A stretch of 64,000 bases of DNA. Origin: Ignavibacteriota bacterium. GTDB lineage: Bacteria > Bacteroidota > Ignavibacteria > UBA10030. Made by a program: the position numbers and the translations under genes. The stretch covers positions 64,001 to 128,000 of the forward strand of contig CAVSHO010000010.1 in assembly GCA_963727825.1 (NCBI GenBank), read 5' to 3'. Position 1 is the stretch's first letter. Every line of letters begins with the position of its first letter. The notes under the pieces were generated by a model. It worked only from the letters and a program-made list of their open reading frames with translations, made no database searches and was not told where the DNA came from. Positions 51,962 to 63,232 of the stretch are shown here, piece after piece.

Positions 51962-53646
51962 TTACTCTTGCTTTACTGCATTAGCCTTCACGTTTTTCTC
52001 AAGTTCAATTTCCTTTTCCACTTGCTTTAGATCGACACCAATCAAACGAATATTTTCCGACTTCTCACCGAAGACCTTTAGGAATAGATCAACTGGTGCA
52101 GGATAGATTCCGCCTTTGATAGTAACATTTCGGCTTTGAATAATATTAAATACATCTCCTGATTGTGGAACAATCCTGCAATTATTCATTTGTACACCAT
52201 CTGCATCGGCAATGAATACACCTCGTTTTGATGTAATGGAAACATTTTCGAGTAACATATTCTTGATCGACAATTCAGGAAGGCCGTTAATTACAATTGC
52301 ACGATCTGCGCCATTGCAAACGATATTCTTGACGAAGAAATTCTTAAACTGCGGTGTTCTGTCCGTTACAAGTTCTGCATTTCTTATAGTCAAGTCTTTC
52401 CTGGCTTCCACAATAGGAGAACCGCCGGAATAATACATATCAAAGAGAATCGCATCGGTCGCGATCTCTCGCATCTGAATCCCATCGATGAATATCTTCT
52501 CGATTACTCCGCCTCTTCCGCGCGCAGATTTAAAGCGAAGCCCCACATCTGTACCGCTAAAAACGCAGTTTCGGACGGAAACATTACGTGCACCGCCGTA
52601 GCTTTCACTCCCAATAACGAAACCCCCATGAGCATGATAGACCACACAGTCCGCAACTACAATATTCTCACAGGCTGGGCCCGGTTGCTGACCGGATGCT
52701 ATGGTACCAGGCTTTAGACATATTCCGTCATCACCTACATCGATCATACAATTATAGATCACTACGTTACGGCACGCCGAAGGATCTATGGCATCTGTAT
52801 TTTTTCCAAAGACCGGTGCGAGCACCTTCACATTGCGGATAATCAAATTTTCGCATTGCTGAGGAATGATATGGTACCTTGGCGAGTTTTCGAAAGTTGG
52901 ACCATCAAGCAAGATACCATTGCACTCGATAAAGTTAACGAGATTGGGTCGAAGATATTCTTTTGTCGATTCGTAATCAGCTATTGATAGTATCTTCTTT
53001 GCATCTATACTTTCTTTTAAAATTTTTCGGCTCCCATAGCTTCCTTTGAAGGCCACCATTCCCCGCCATCAGCCGACACAACACCACCTGAGGCAACAAG
53101 AGCTTTCCACTGAGACTCTGTTAAATCCTCTTTTAAAACATAGCGCCAACCTTCTCCAGCTCCGTTGAAGATACCATCACCGGTAATCGCAATATTCTTT
53201 GCCTTATAAGCAGAGATTAGCTGAGCTCTTCCATACCTGTTTTGTTTACCCCCTGGACTTTCAACAAACGGATAATCATTAATATTCTTGCTGAACTGAA
53301 CAAGCGCTCCTTTTTCCACATGGAGATTGATATTGCTTTCAAGTTTAATTGGCCCGGTAAGCCATGTGCCGGCTGGAACAACAACGGTTCCACCGCCGCC
53401 TATCGCGCATGCACTAATAGCATCAGCAAAAGCTTTTGTGTTCATGGTATACCCATCAGGGACTGCACCAAACTCTACAATGCTGACACTGCGCAGTGGA
53501 AACAGCGGCTCAACCATCTCAGGCATCGCAAATGGAAGGTTGGAAAGAAAATCCTTCAATTGTTTTTGATCTCCAGCAACAGATCTCATTACAAATAGAA
53601 AAACGAATATAACCACAATTTTTTTTCGCGACATTGCTTGTTTCAT
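51962..53646 (-). CDS. GH28 polygalacturonase, split by a missing base in a T-run near 53020
   Basis: Signal peptide, GGGTVVVPAGTWLTGP, then NTDAID, GDDGICLK, HGGFVIGSE, GLRFKS. GAEKF|LKESID is restored by adding one T. Confidence 0.88.
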
Positions 53647-53670
53647 TTCATATGGTCCTTTATTTAAAGG

Positions 53671-53742
53671 GTAGAAATCATCGCCTACACAAATAACATT
53701 GGGATCAGAATAATCGGCAAAGATGATTGGATTCGTATTGAA
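53671..53742 (-). pseudogene. Relic of a GH43 N-terminus
   Basis: FNTNPIIFADYSDPNVICVGDDFY resembles the GH43 'NPII.ADYSDPDVIRVGDDFY' motif. Confidence 0.6.
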
Positions 53743-53755
53743 AGGTTTAATTCGA

Positions 53756-55276
53756 TCAATGAACCGTTGAATTGGCATTTTTAAGAAGCCATTCAAATAA
53801 ATTCTTACCTGCTTTGGCGTTTTCATATTCAACAGGAAGCCTCCGTGAATCAAAATATTCATTATAAAGCCAAGGATCGCCCACCGCAAAGACCAATCCC
53901 TTGCCTACTCGTGCAGAGGCCATTAGAACGAGACCATTCTCTGTCAGGATTGACTTGGCAGGTTTTTCAATTTTAAGCGAACAAATCTCCTTCATAAATA
54001 TTTGTTTCACATCTTTGAAGATCGGATGTGATGGAAGATGATCACTCTTTCCAGTCTGAAAATTATTACCAATTACTTTATGGTAAGAATCTTCATTAAA
54101 ATGAATACCGAAATGTTCTGCCAATTTGTTGAAATGTTCAAACTCGGCATTTCCTTTATCATTCTCCATCATTACGAACACACCGCCCCGCTCAACCCAC
54201 GGAACAATAACGTTGATCGCATCCTCCGACATGTAATTTGGTTTATCGGTCTCGTCCGGCGTATCTGGATCGACAATAATGTACACACTGCAATGGTTCA
54301 ATACGGAATCAGTCGGAGTGCATTGAAGCGTATCAAGATCAGCACCAAGAAGATCGATGCTTCTCCCTAAAAGAGAAAATCCGCTGTTTGTTGTATCCTC
54401 CCAAATATAATGCCAGCGTTCACGCACACCATCTTTTCTCACGCGCCATTCATTATTAAAAAAATAATCAAGCCCAACAACTTTTCCAGTGCCTACCAGA
54501 TTGTTAGTTTGCACAGAAACAAGCTCGTTTTCTAACGGCAAGTGTAATTCTTTTATACCTTCAACGACAAGTGACGCCATCTGGATAGCGCCTTGTCTCG
54601 TGAAATGTGTGTTGTCTCGACGAAGCCCGTTAAAATTACGAAATTCGTTTTTAACACCCTTAAGATATAAGGGTTTCGATTGTTCATCACCAAGAGATAC
54701 TACCATCTTCTTGGATTTTTCAAACATATCGATAAGGGGAACGTTTTCTTCCTTTGCAACCTCTTTCATTGCAGCCGGATAATCACCGTGCGTTCCAACA
54801 TATTGACCAGTTGAATCAAACTCTCGCCGCGTAATTGGAGTCAGAATAATTGGAATTGCTTTTTTCTCGCGGGCATCCCGAATATATTTCACAAGATTGT
54901 TCTTGTAATCGGGGCGTGCTGCTGCATAACGTGCAGTATCTGTTATCTTTGCATCATTATGACCGAATTGAATAAAGACATAGTCACCTGGCTGAAGTTG
55001 ACCATAAACTGCTGCCCATAGGCCTTGAGTGATAAAACTCTTCGTACTGCGGCCATTTACCGCGTGATTAAAGATCTTAACATTCTGTGAAAAAAATAAT
55101 GGAAACACTTGTCCCCACCCATGTTCTGGATTATCAACAAGAGGTTTATCCGACATCGTGGAATCGCCAACGAGAAAGATACGTGTCTGAGTCTGAGGAA
55201 GCCATGCAACGAAAAGAATAAGTATAGTGAGTGAGAAAAGAACCATTAATAATTTTCGTATTTCTGTATTTTTCAT
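53756..55276 (-). CDS. Rhamnogalacturonan/pectin acetylesterase (CE12, SGNH) fused to a DUF4350-like domain
   Basis: GDSTM, GWG, AVNGRSTKSF, QFGHND, DNTH. Second domain VGLDYFFNNE...IVDPD...AVGDPWLYNEY. Confidence 0.85.
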   Translation of the reverse strand: MKNTEIRKLLMVLFSLTILILFVAWLPQTQTRIFLVGDSTMSDKPLVDNPEHGWGQVFPLFFSQNVKIFNHAVNGRSTKSFITQGLWAAVYGQLQPGDYVFIQFGHNDAKITDTARYAAARPDYKNNLVKYIRDAREKKAIPIILTPITRREFDSTGQYVGTHGDYPAAMKEVAKEENVPLIDMFEKSKKMVVSLGDEQSKPLYLKGVKNEFRNFNGLRRDNTHFTRQGAIQMASLVVEGIKELHLPLENELVSVQTNNLVGTGKVVGLDYFFNNEWRVRKDGVRERWHYIWEDTTNSGFSLLGRSIDLLGADLDTLQCTPTDSVLNHCSVYIIVDPDTPDETDKPNYMSEDAINVIVPWVERGGVFVMMENDKGNAEFEHFNKLAEHFGIHFNEDSYHKVIGNNFQTGKSDHLPSHPIFKDVKQIFMKEICSLKIEKPAKSILTENGLVLMASARVGKGLVFAVGDPWLYNEYFDSRRLPVEYENAKAGKNLFEWLLKNANSTVH

Positions 55277-55331
55277 ACACACCTTTAATCGCTTTTTTTT
55301 TTTATGTGAGACATTGATAAAACGAATAAAT

Positions 55332-56534
55332 CTATTGTTTTAATTCCAGAGCAGCCAAAATGAATGGACATATAGCTTTGAAGTCATTTGTGCGCTGTTT
55401 TTCACCGATATAATATTCATAGCTTCCATCACGGTACGGATTGCCGCCTAAACCGGCACCCTGGCACGCGTGATGGAGACTCACAATTCCTTTTTCATCC
55501 ACCGTCACCATCGAATCAAGAATGCCTTTGAAAGATTCCTGTGCAGCTGTCAAATATGCTTTATCTAAATACCCTTTGTTAGCTCCTTTTGCTAATGCAT
55601 ATACGAAAATGCAGGAAGCAGATGACTCTAAATAATTCCCAGCTCGATTTCCTTGGTCAACGATCTGAAACCATAGTTTAGACTTTGGTTCACGGAATTT
55701 AAGCAATGCGTTTGAAAGTCGCTGAAAAATTGCGATCAACTCTTTCCTTTTGGCATGATCCTGAGGCAGATAATCTAAAACATCTATTAATGCCCACGCA
55801 TACCATCCGATTGCACGACCCCAAAAATACGAAGAACAGCCCGTTTGTTTATTTGCCCAGGGCATTTGCTTGCTTTCATCCCAGGCGTGATATAATAACC
55901 CGGTTTTCGAATCCCGCGCATGTTGTTCCATCCAAATAAACTGATTTGCAATGTCATCGAAGTCTGCTGGTTCATGGAACATCTGAGCGTACTCAGCATA
56001 GAACGGTTCTGCCATATATAAGCCATCTAACCACATCTGGTACGGATAAATCTTTTTATGCCAGAAGCCGCCTTCGTTGGTTCTCGGTTGTTGCGTCAAT
56101 TGTTTACGTAATGTGTCGGCAGCTATTTTATATTTCTTATCGTCTGTCGCTTTATATAGAGCAAGCAAATTTCTGCCCGTAGCAATATTGTCAAGAGTGA
56201 ATGATAAATATTCATATGTACCTATGGATCCATCTTCCTGAACATATAAATCGATGTGCTTTTTGATGTAGTCCAAATATTCTTTCTTAGGAGTAGTAAG
56301 ATAGAGTTGATAGACTCCCTGCAACACTACGCCACGCTCATAATCCCATCGGGCACTTTTCGCAACTCCAGGATACTTAAGAGTATCCGCATTTTGTGTC
56401 ATAAGAGAATGGACGATGCGCACCGACCAAGGAATCTGGCTACTGCTATCAGCCAAACCGCCGCATTGAGCACAAAGACTGATCAGACATAGAGTTGCAA
56501 GTCCAAGGATATTTCGCAATAGATTCTTTTTCAT
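55332..56534 (-). CDS. Unsaturated rhamnogalacturonyl hydrolase (GH105)
   Basis: WDYERG, GGFWHKKIYPYQMWLDGLYM, GLLYHAWD, FWGRAIGW, YLESSAS. Signal peptide. Confidence 0.92.
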   Translation of the reverse strand: MKKNLLRNILGLATLCLISLCAQCGGLADSSSQIPWSVRIVHSLMTQNADTLKYPGVAKSARWDYERGVVLQGVYQLYLTTPKKEYLDYIKKHIDLYVQEDGSIGTYEYLSFTLDNIATGRNLLALYKATDDKKYKIAADTLRKQLTQQPRTNEGGFWHKKIYPYQMWLDGLYMAEPFYAEYAQMFHEPADFDDIANQFIWMEQHARDSKTGLLYHAWDESKQMPWANKQTGCSSYFWGRAIGWYAWALIDVLDYLPQDHAKRKELIAIFQRLSNALLKFREPKSKLWFQIVDQGNRAGNYLESSASCIFVYALAKGANKGYLDKAYLTAAQESFKGILDSMVTVDEKGIVSLHHACQGAGLGGNPYRDGSYEYYIGEKQRTNDFKAICPFILAALELKQ

Positions 56535-56595
56535 TGTTTTTATGTACTGTTGAATAAGGGAACTATATATCAAATGGTTAAGTGAACTTAATGGT

Positions 56596-57984
56596 TTATT
56601 TTACTGCCATAGATATTTTAACGCTAATCAAACTTAGATTCGTCACGTTATCTAAAACATTGGTTTCGGCAACATTATTGAACATACAGTTTACGATGTT
56701 CACATTTGCAACAGGCGATCTTTCATAACCGCGAATCCAAATTGCGAATTTACTCTTGTTACTTTCAATATTTTTTAATTCCACATTCCGCACAATCGGT
56801 GTAAAACTTCCTGCATCGCCTTCTTCATAATAAAAGTCTATCTGCATCACCGCATCGGCAACTTGCTCAACCTTGATATTTCGGAAATAAACATTTTCCA
56901 CTACTCCACCTCGAACAGAATTTGTTTTAATACGAAGCATGCGTTCAAGATTCGGGCTATCCATTGTATCATTTTCTGCATAAACATTTTGGATGCCGCC
57001 GGAGCATTCGCTCCCCAATGACACTCCGCCATGGCCATTCTTCATTCGACATCCTTGAACAATGATATTTGCACAAGGGACATTCACTCGCCGGCCATCG
57101 CTATTCCGCCCGGATTTAATCGCAATACAATCATCACCCGTATTAAAGAAACAATTCCTGATTAAAACATCGGTGCATGATTCGGGATCGCATCCATCAT
57201 TATTCGGGCCTAGGCCTTCTGTCGTGACACCAAGGACGGAGACATTAGTACATAAAACAGGATTTAAAAACCACATTGGAGAATTCCTAAACCTTACTCC
57301 CACAACCAGAACATTTTTACATCTATACGGCTCAAAGAAATTAGGGCGAAGATACGAGCCTTCTCCAAAGATTCGCTGCGCGACAGGAACATTCTTCTCT
57401 CCCATTTCATTGAGTTTAGCGCGGGCTTCTTTTTGGTTTGGCTTATCCGAATTTTTACTTCCCTTCCAACTCCACCAGTTATTGTCAGCACCTTGCCCGT
57501 CAAGAACTCCTTCACCTGTAACCGCAATATTGTCCTGCTCAAATGCATAGATCAGCGGAGAATAATTCATACACTCCACTCCTTCCCATCGTGCATACAC
57601 CACAGGCAAATATTTTCTTGGATCAGTGTAAAATTTAACAACAGCTCCTTTTGAAATATACAAGTTGACATTACTAAGTAAGCGAAGAGCGCCAGTAAGA
57701 TACACTCCCTTCGGCACAACGACTCTTCCACCTCCTGCTGCATTGCATTTTTCGATAGCTTTTTTGAATGCGCTAGTGCAATCTGTTTTATCATCGCCAA
57801 TTGCACCATATTTTGTTATAATAAAATCTTTTTGAGGAAAAGCAGGAGGAGAAATTCTTTTTAATATCGCAGGATATTCATCCCATCCCTGGAGAATAGG
57901 TGCCGTTTGTTGAGCAGCGACATAACAAATTGCCAACAGACAACATAGAAAAGTAATAACAAAACTTCGTCGGACAAAACTCAT
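56596..57984 (-). CDS. GH28 polygalacturonase
   Basis: GGGRVVVPKG, PNNDGCDPE, GDDCIAIKSG, GHGGVSLGSE, LRIKTN. Confidence 0.93.
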   Translation of the reverse strand: MSFVRRSFVITFLCCLLAICYVAAQQTAPILQGWDEYPAILKRISPPAFPQKDFIITKYGAIGDDKTDCTSAFKKAIEKCNAAGGGRVVVPKGVYLTGALRLLSNVNLYISKGAVVKFYTDPRKYLPVVYARWEGVECMNYSPLIYAFEQDNIAVTGEGVLDGQGADNNWWSWKGSKNSDKPNQKEARAKLNEMGEKNVPVAQRIFGEGSYLRPNFFEPYRCKNVLVVGVRFRNSPMWFLNPVLCTNVSVLGVTTEGLGPNNDGCDPESCTDVLIRNCFFNTGDDCIAIKSGRNSDGRRVNVPCANIIVQGCRMKNGHGGVSLGSECSGGIQNVYAENDTMDSPNLERMLRIKTNSVRGGVVENVYFRNIKVEQVADAVMQIDFYYEEGDAGSFTPIVRNVELKNIESNKSKFAIWIRGYERSPVANVNIVNCMFNNVAETNVLDNVTNLSLISVKISMAVK

Positions 57985-58087
57985 AGGTGGCGTTTTTTAT
58001 TCACTTCTTTTGTTTTAGTATATAGAATCGATATCTCTTTTACAGCTATCATTTTAATACCAATATTTTTTGCATATCTAATAACTT

Positions 58088-59714
58088 TTATTTTATTAGA
58101 AGCATTTTGTGCGTTTGCAAGAATGGTTGACGCGTCCCAGTCTGTGCAGATAACCGGGTAAAGTACAAACCGCTGGACATCCTGGATGCGTTCCATTGAA
58201 TAGAATAATTGCCCGGCTGCATTTGTTCATTCACGAGGATTGCGACTTCCTGTCCAAGTGTGTTATATATGCTCAACTTCACAATACTAACTGCCGGCAC
58301 ACTATATTTTATTTCAGTGGACGGATTAAATGGATTGGGATAATTTTGGTATAGAGTAAACGCATTAGGTATCGATGTATTAGTCTGATTATTAACGCCG
58401 GTAACAAAATTTGATTCGAAGCACCCCAAATCCGGAGCATTGCCGATGTATGCTAAGCCGACGTCGGTTCCTTTATTGACAAATTGACTTGTCGAAACGA
58501 GATGCATAAAGGTGATATCCGGCAAACTTCCATCTGACTTACGTGGTCCACGGACACCTGTAGTATCAATACTGATAAAATCTGCCACAATCGCGCCAGT
58601 AAAAGGGCTTGCCCAACTGTTTGTTGCAACAACCACAGGAGTCGGATTCGGACACAGCTGAACTCCATAGGTTGATCCTAATGAAATACAGTTCTCCACT
58701 GTCAATACTTTGCCTGCAGATGTTGCCAGCGTTTCTGGAAATGCATAATTATACTTGTCACCACTTGACGTTGAACCATTTCCATTATTAAATGCCGTAC
58801 AATTCAATAATGTAACAGAACCTCGATTATGATTTTGGTCGAACCCTTTTGCTTTGTTATAAAATGCGAGGCATTTTATCAGGGTCATATTATGCTTGAG
58901 AAGCCTTAGTCCAAGCACGGTATCGCATCCGCCAGTTTTAAATCCATTACCGTTGCCAGTTCCCATGGTAATTCCATCCTTGTAATATCCATTCATAAAC
59001 GACCAGCAATTTACCAACGTATCCGTAACATCATCCGAGGGCCTTAAATAACCATCCCAACCATCGTCAGAATTTTGCCAAGATCTGCATCCATAGAAAT
59101 AATTATTTGTTCCAACATCTAATTTTGGTGAAAAGCCATCTGCATTACCATCATAACTTGACCGAAGTAGAGTCTCTGTTATTATATGAATCACAATTGA
59201 TAAATCTATTATAAGATGCGCCTGATGCCAATTGAACTCCAGTATTTCTATTTTCAAAAGAGGTGCAAAACTCGATATCGTTATAATTTCCGCTGCTGAT
59301 TTTAATACCATTATGCGGTGCCCCTTTGCAGTCAAATCCTTTGATGTACCAATAACTGCCGTTAATCTTCAGTCCATCAGCACTCGTTCCTGTCATAGCA
59401 GAAAAATCGAGAAGTACGCGTTCTCCCGGATATGCGAAGAGATTGCACCTGAGTGATGTACTCAAGCCCGATGTTGTAAGTGTGATTGCTGTTGATGATC
59501 CTGTATATGAATATATACCACCGCGCACATATATGGTATCGCCGGCAACAATAATGCCAAGGGCTTTAGAAATTGTCAGAAATGGAGAAGTAATCGTACC
59601 GGAGTTTATATCATTGCCAGTCGTGGAGACAAAATATTGAGTCGCAGAGTTTGCCGTAAATATTGCGGAAAGGAGGGAAAAAACCATAACAAAACGTTGC
59701 ATGATTAATCTCAT
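58088..59714 (-). CDS. Pectate lyase family 9 with T9SS-type C-terminal sorting domain, frameshifted near 59160
   Basis: YFVSTTGND, GDTIYVRGG, AYPGERV, then GNADGF, NSDDGWD, GNGNGFK and YQNYPNPFNPST in a second frame. Confidence 0.85.
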
Positions 59715-59926
59715 ATTGTCCCTTTCTATTCTCGTACTCATAATCAGATTATTTTTATACTTAGTCAATCAAAATTGTGTGAGAAACAAAATTCCATATC
59801 TGGAAGAAGCAAATGAGAGTTAAGGCAGCTGCGATGGAATTAGATATTTACGTTATCAATCCAAAATTCGCAAATCTATATTATTCTTGAGTGAATATGC
59901 AAAATTTTTCTATAAATCATTTGATA

Positions 59927-59954
59927 TTGTCAAATATCCTCTGTATCTTACTAT
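59927..59954 (+). promoter_or_regulatory. Possible promoter of the cold-shock gene
   Basis: TTGTCA-16 bp-TACTAT, which implies a 5' UTR of about 230 nt. Confidence 0.4.
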
Positions 59955-60193
59955 TGTTAAATAACAGTACACCGTTATGGCTCCCTCGGGAGACCTTTTC
60001 TGTAGAGTAAGTCCTGTGTTGAGTCGTCTGTTGGTGGTTCCATTCAATCACATAGTTTGAACACCTCCATAAAGATGTTACCGACTTCTTTGGGCCGTAT
60101 CCAACCAGTAAAAGTGTTTTAAGAGTCGGAAGTACGGCGTACAACCTGCCGGCGGTCTGCCGGTGTTACAATCTTTATGAAAGGATATGTTCC

Positions 60194-60397
60194 ATGGAAA
60201 AAGGAACAGTCAAATGGTTTAATGGAGCCAAAGGTTTTGGTTTCATTTCACGTGCAAGCGGCGAAGATGTATTCGTCCACTTCAAAGCTATCACCAGCAA
60301 TGGCTACAAGACACTCAATGAGGGTGACAAAGTAGAGTTTGAAGTTCAGCAAGGACCGAAAGGCCTCCAAGCTGCAAACGTTACGGTAGTTTCGTAA
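60194..60397 (+). CDS. Cold-shock protein (CspA family)
   Basis: GTVKWFN, KGFGFI (RNP1), DVFVHF (RNP2), [10 protein letters not shown]. Confidence 0.97.
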   Translation: MEKGTVKWFNGAKGFGFISRASGEDVFVHFKAITSNGYKTLNEGDKVEFEVQQGPKGLQAANVTVVS

Positions 60398-60421
60398 GAA
60401 ACCATTTAGCGTTGTAAAACG

Positions 60422-60449
60422 AAACCCCGTCGATAAGACGGGGTTTTTT
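60422..60449 (+). terminator. Rho-independent (probably bidirectional) terminator
   Basis: AAACCCCGTC-GATAA-GACGGGGTTT followed by T run, between convergent genes. Confidence 0.88.
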
Positions 60450-60461
60450 GTTTCATGCCAA

Positions 60462-61454
60462 TCAGCTTTTTTCAATACGTTGCATTTGCATAGCAGGATA
60501 TCGTTCACCAGAAGCAACGCCTGCCGGTAATGCCTCGTTTATTTTCTTAACTTCTTCCGAAGTCAAATAGACATCCACCGCTTTAATATTTTCCCGAAGA
60601 TAATTCAATTTCTTTGTGCCCGGGATTGGAACAATATCTTCCCCCTGTGCTAAGCACCATGCAAGCGCTAATTGAGCCGGAGTGCATTTATTTGCTGCAG
60701 CAAACTTTTCGACCGTTTGAACTATCTGTAAATTCTTTTTGAAGTTCTCTTCAAGAAATCGCGGATGGTTGCTCTTTCGGAAATCGCCTTCTGTAAAATC
60801 TGAAAGTGATTTAAATCTTCCCGTTAAAAAACCTCTCCCCAATGGACTATAGGGCACAAATCCGATCCCTAATGAACGACAGGTTGGAAGAATTTCCTTT
60901 TCGACATCTCTGGTCCAGAGAGAATATTCTGTCTGCAATGCGGTGATAGGATGGACTCCATATGCCTTCTTGATGGTCGCAGGCCGTGCTTCTGATAGTC
61001 CGAGGAAACGAACCTTTCCTTCGCGCACAAGTTCTGACATTGCTCCGACGGTTTCTTCAATAGGAGTATTCGGGTCAACTCGATGTTGATAATAGAGATC
61101 GATTAAATCGATTTTCAATCGGCGCAGACTGGCTTCACAAGCCGACTTGACATATTCAGGCTTGCCATTAATTCCTAAAAAACTTTTATCAGCGCCGCGC
61201 ACATTCCCAAATTTCGTAGCGATGAATAATGAGTCACGTTTATCTTTGATGGCTTTCCCAAGCAGTTCTTCATTATGTCCGATACCGTACATATCAGCTG
61301 TATCGAAAAAGGTAATACCAAGATCGATCGCTTCATGAATCACAGATATGGATTCAGTATCGTTTCCCTTTCCATAGAACTCCGACATTCCCATACATCC
61401 CAGGCCAATAGCCGAAACAACAGGCCCATTTTTTCCAAGTACTCGTAATTTCAT
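60462..61454 (-). CDS. Aldo/keto reductase
   Basis: [39 protein letters not shown]. Confidence 0.95.
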   Translation of the reverse strand: MKLRVLGKNGPVVSAIGLGCMGMSEFYGKGNDTESISVIHEAIDLGITFFDTADMYGIGHNEELLGKAIKDKRDSLFIATKFGNVRGADKSFLGINGKPEYVKSACEASLRRLKIDLIDLYYQHRVDPNTPIEETVGAMSELVREGKVRFLGLSEARPATIKKAYGVHPITALQTEYSLWTRDVEKEILPTCRSLGIGFVPYSPLGRGFLTGRFKSLSDFTEGDFRKSNHPRFLEENFKKNLQIVQTVEKFAAANKCTPAQLALAWCLAQGEDIVPIPGTKKLNYLRENIKAVDVYLTSEEVKKINEALPAGVASGERYPAMQMQRIEKS

Positions 61455-61540
61455 TATATGGTTTCCTTTTCATAATTAACTTAGAAACAAAATACTAATA
61501 CTAATTCTCTAACAATAATTCAAACCCTGTTCGTTCCTAA

Positions 61541-63034
61541 TTATCGCGTGTCAATTTTAAAAACAAATGTCGTTTCATTTTTATTGTTTCTTGGATTGAG
61601 TCGATAGAATATATCATCAAGAAAGCTTGGTTCAATCCGCTGCTCAAGCGTAAACTTTAATTTAAGCGCATATTCTGTCTGTTGTACACGCTGATCGATA
61701 TCTTCCAATCCAAAAAAGATTATATAATTTGGATGAAAAGTACCATTGTCAAGCATTGTTTTCGCTTGAGTAAGTTGTAAATCATTATTGATCTCACATG
61801 TTGGAACCGGATACACCCCAGCATAGAACATTGGCGGTTGTGTTACGCCTAATTTTCCACCCACCATCACAATCCCACTTATTGGTTTATCGTATAGAGT
61901 ATACATCGCTTCAACTCTGGACTTCTTACTATAGTAAGTCGTAAATGGAATCAGAAGAATAAAATTTATTACCCAGAACCACGCCCACAGAGATTTTAAT
62001 GCAGTGCGATGATGCGACCAGAATGCTGAACCCTTCACAAATTCTTCCCACCCGACAATGCTTAACAGTAAAATCAGAGGCACAACTGGAAAAATGAACC
62101 GTTCCTGCTTGTTTGGGAAAAGAGAATGCGAGATAAAAAATACCATCACCGGTAGCACAATCAATAAAGTCTTTCGCCAATTCCTGCAAAACCCATATAA
62201 CAAAAAGAAACTCATTGGTGGAATTAAAGCACCAAGTACTAACAAGAAATAATTATACACCGGTCCTGTTGTATAGTCATATCCGTGTGTAGCGTTATAG
62301 CGCATATATTCCTGGAAAGAAGCGAACGGGTACCCCCATGCGAAAATATCCGCGCTGCCCTGAATCATCAATGCTGTTAAAAGAAATCCAGCTATCAGAA
62401 GTGCCAAATTTTTGAATTCCTTCCTGAAGAGGAATACCAATCCCAATGTACCTGTTATGGACAATGTTTGATAACGAAACACAAATGCAAGCCCGAACCA
62501 CACGCCAGCAACAAATGCATTCCGCAATTTTTCTTTGGAAGTCACTGCATAGAAAAAACCTGCCATAAGCGGAGGAATACAGACCATCTCGATAAGATTG
62601 CGGACACTAAGGAAAGGAAATGCCCAGAAGAGTGCTAGAATAAGCCCGGTTTTCTTTGCGGTCTGCTTGTCACTTATTACCTCGGCAATCTTATAACCGA
62701 AATATACAACCAGCAATGAATAGATCGCATGAAGAAAGCGCACAATATACATTTTTACCTGCGGATCTTGAATTCCAACAGTCTCGCATCCATTAAGGAG
62801 AATATAATGTATGAATGGATAAACGATACTGTGCCCATGCACTCCTGCCCGACTCGTCCAGTACGTTATGTATTTCATAATAATAAATGGCTGCTCGATG
62901 GGGCCAAAGTGGTCATCGTGCATTCCATACCCCTTAGAGAAAACAGCAGCGATAAAACGTGGGATGGAAGCAATCAGAATGATTGCAAGCAATGGGTGTT
63001 CGTTCCAGAAACGCTTCAATAAATTAACCATCAA
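61541..63034 (-). CDS. GT-C fold membrane glycosyltransferase (Alg9/PIG-B-like mannosyltransferase or GT39-like)
   Basis: DDHF after TM1, multiple TMs, FRYQ, and an HS.FPNKQERFIFP motif like the GT22 HKE.RF. Confidence 0.7.
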   Translation of the reverse strand: MMVNLLKRFWNEHPLLAIILIASIPRFIAAVFSKGYGMHDDHFGPIEQPFIIMKYITYWTSRAGVHGHSIVYPFIHYILLNGCETVGIQDPQVKMYIVRFLHAIYSLLVVYFGYKIAEVISDKQTAKKTGLILALFWAFPFLSVRNLIEMVCIPPLMAGFFYAVTSKEKLRNAFVAGVWFGLAFVFRYQTLSITGTLGLVFLFRKEFKNLALLIAGFLLTALMIQGSADIFAWGYPFASFQEYMRYNATHGYDYTTGPVYNYFLLVLGALIPPMSFFLLYGFCRNWRKTLLIVLPVMVFFISHSLFPNKQERFIFPVVPLILLLSIVGWEEFVKGSAFWSHHRTALKSLWAWFWVINFILLIPFTTYYSKKSRVEAMYTLYDKPISGIVMVGGKLGVTQPPMFYAGVYPVPTCEINNDLQLTQAKTMLDNGTFHPNYIIFFGLEDIDQRVQQTEYALKLKFTLEQRIEPSFLDDIFYRLNPRNNKNETTFVFKIDTR

Positions 63035-63232
63035 AACTCTGCCTTGCTAGTTTTAATCGGAAAATTCTAGTACGGTATTTTTACACCAATAGTAACATAA
63101 TCTTAGGTCATCTGATTGTAGTAATCAGTTACCATGAAATCAAGCATTAGGTTCATTTTTGAAATAACTGAACTTCTCTGTATCTTATATATAATTCAGA
63201 GTGATTATAAATGAACTGGAGTTATTGATTCG

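Noticed and set aside
53647-53889. Long N-terminal extension of GH28 in the ORF track
   Set aside because: It overlaps the CE12 gene and the GH43 relic. The signal peptide starts at about 53646.
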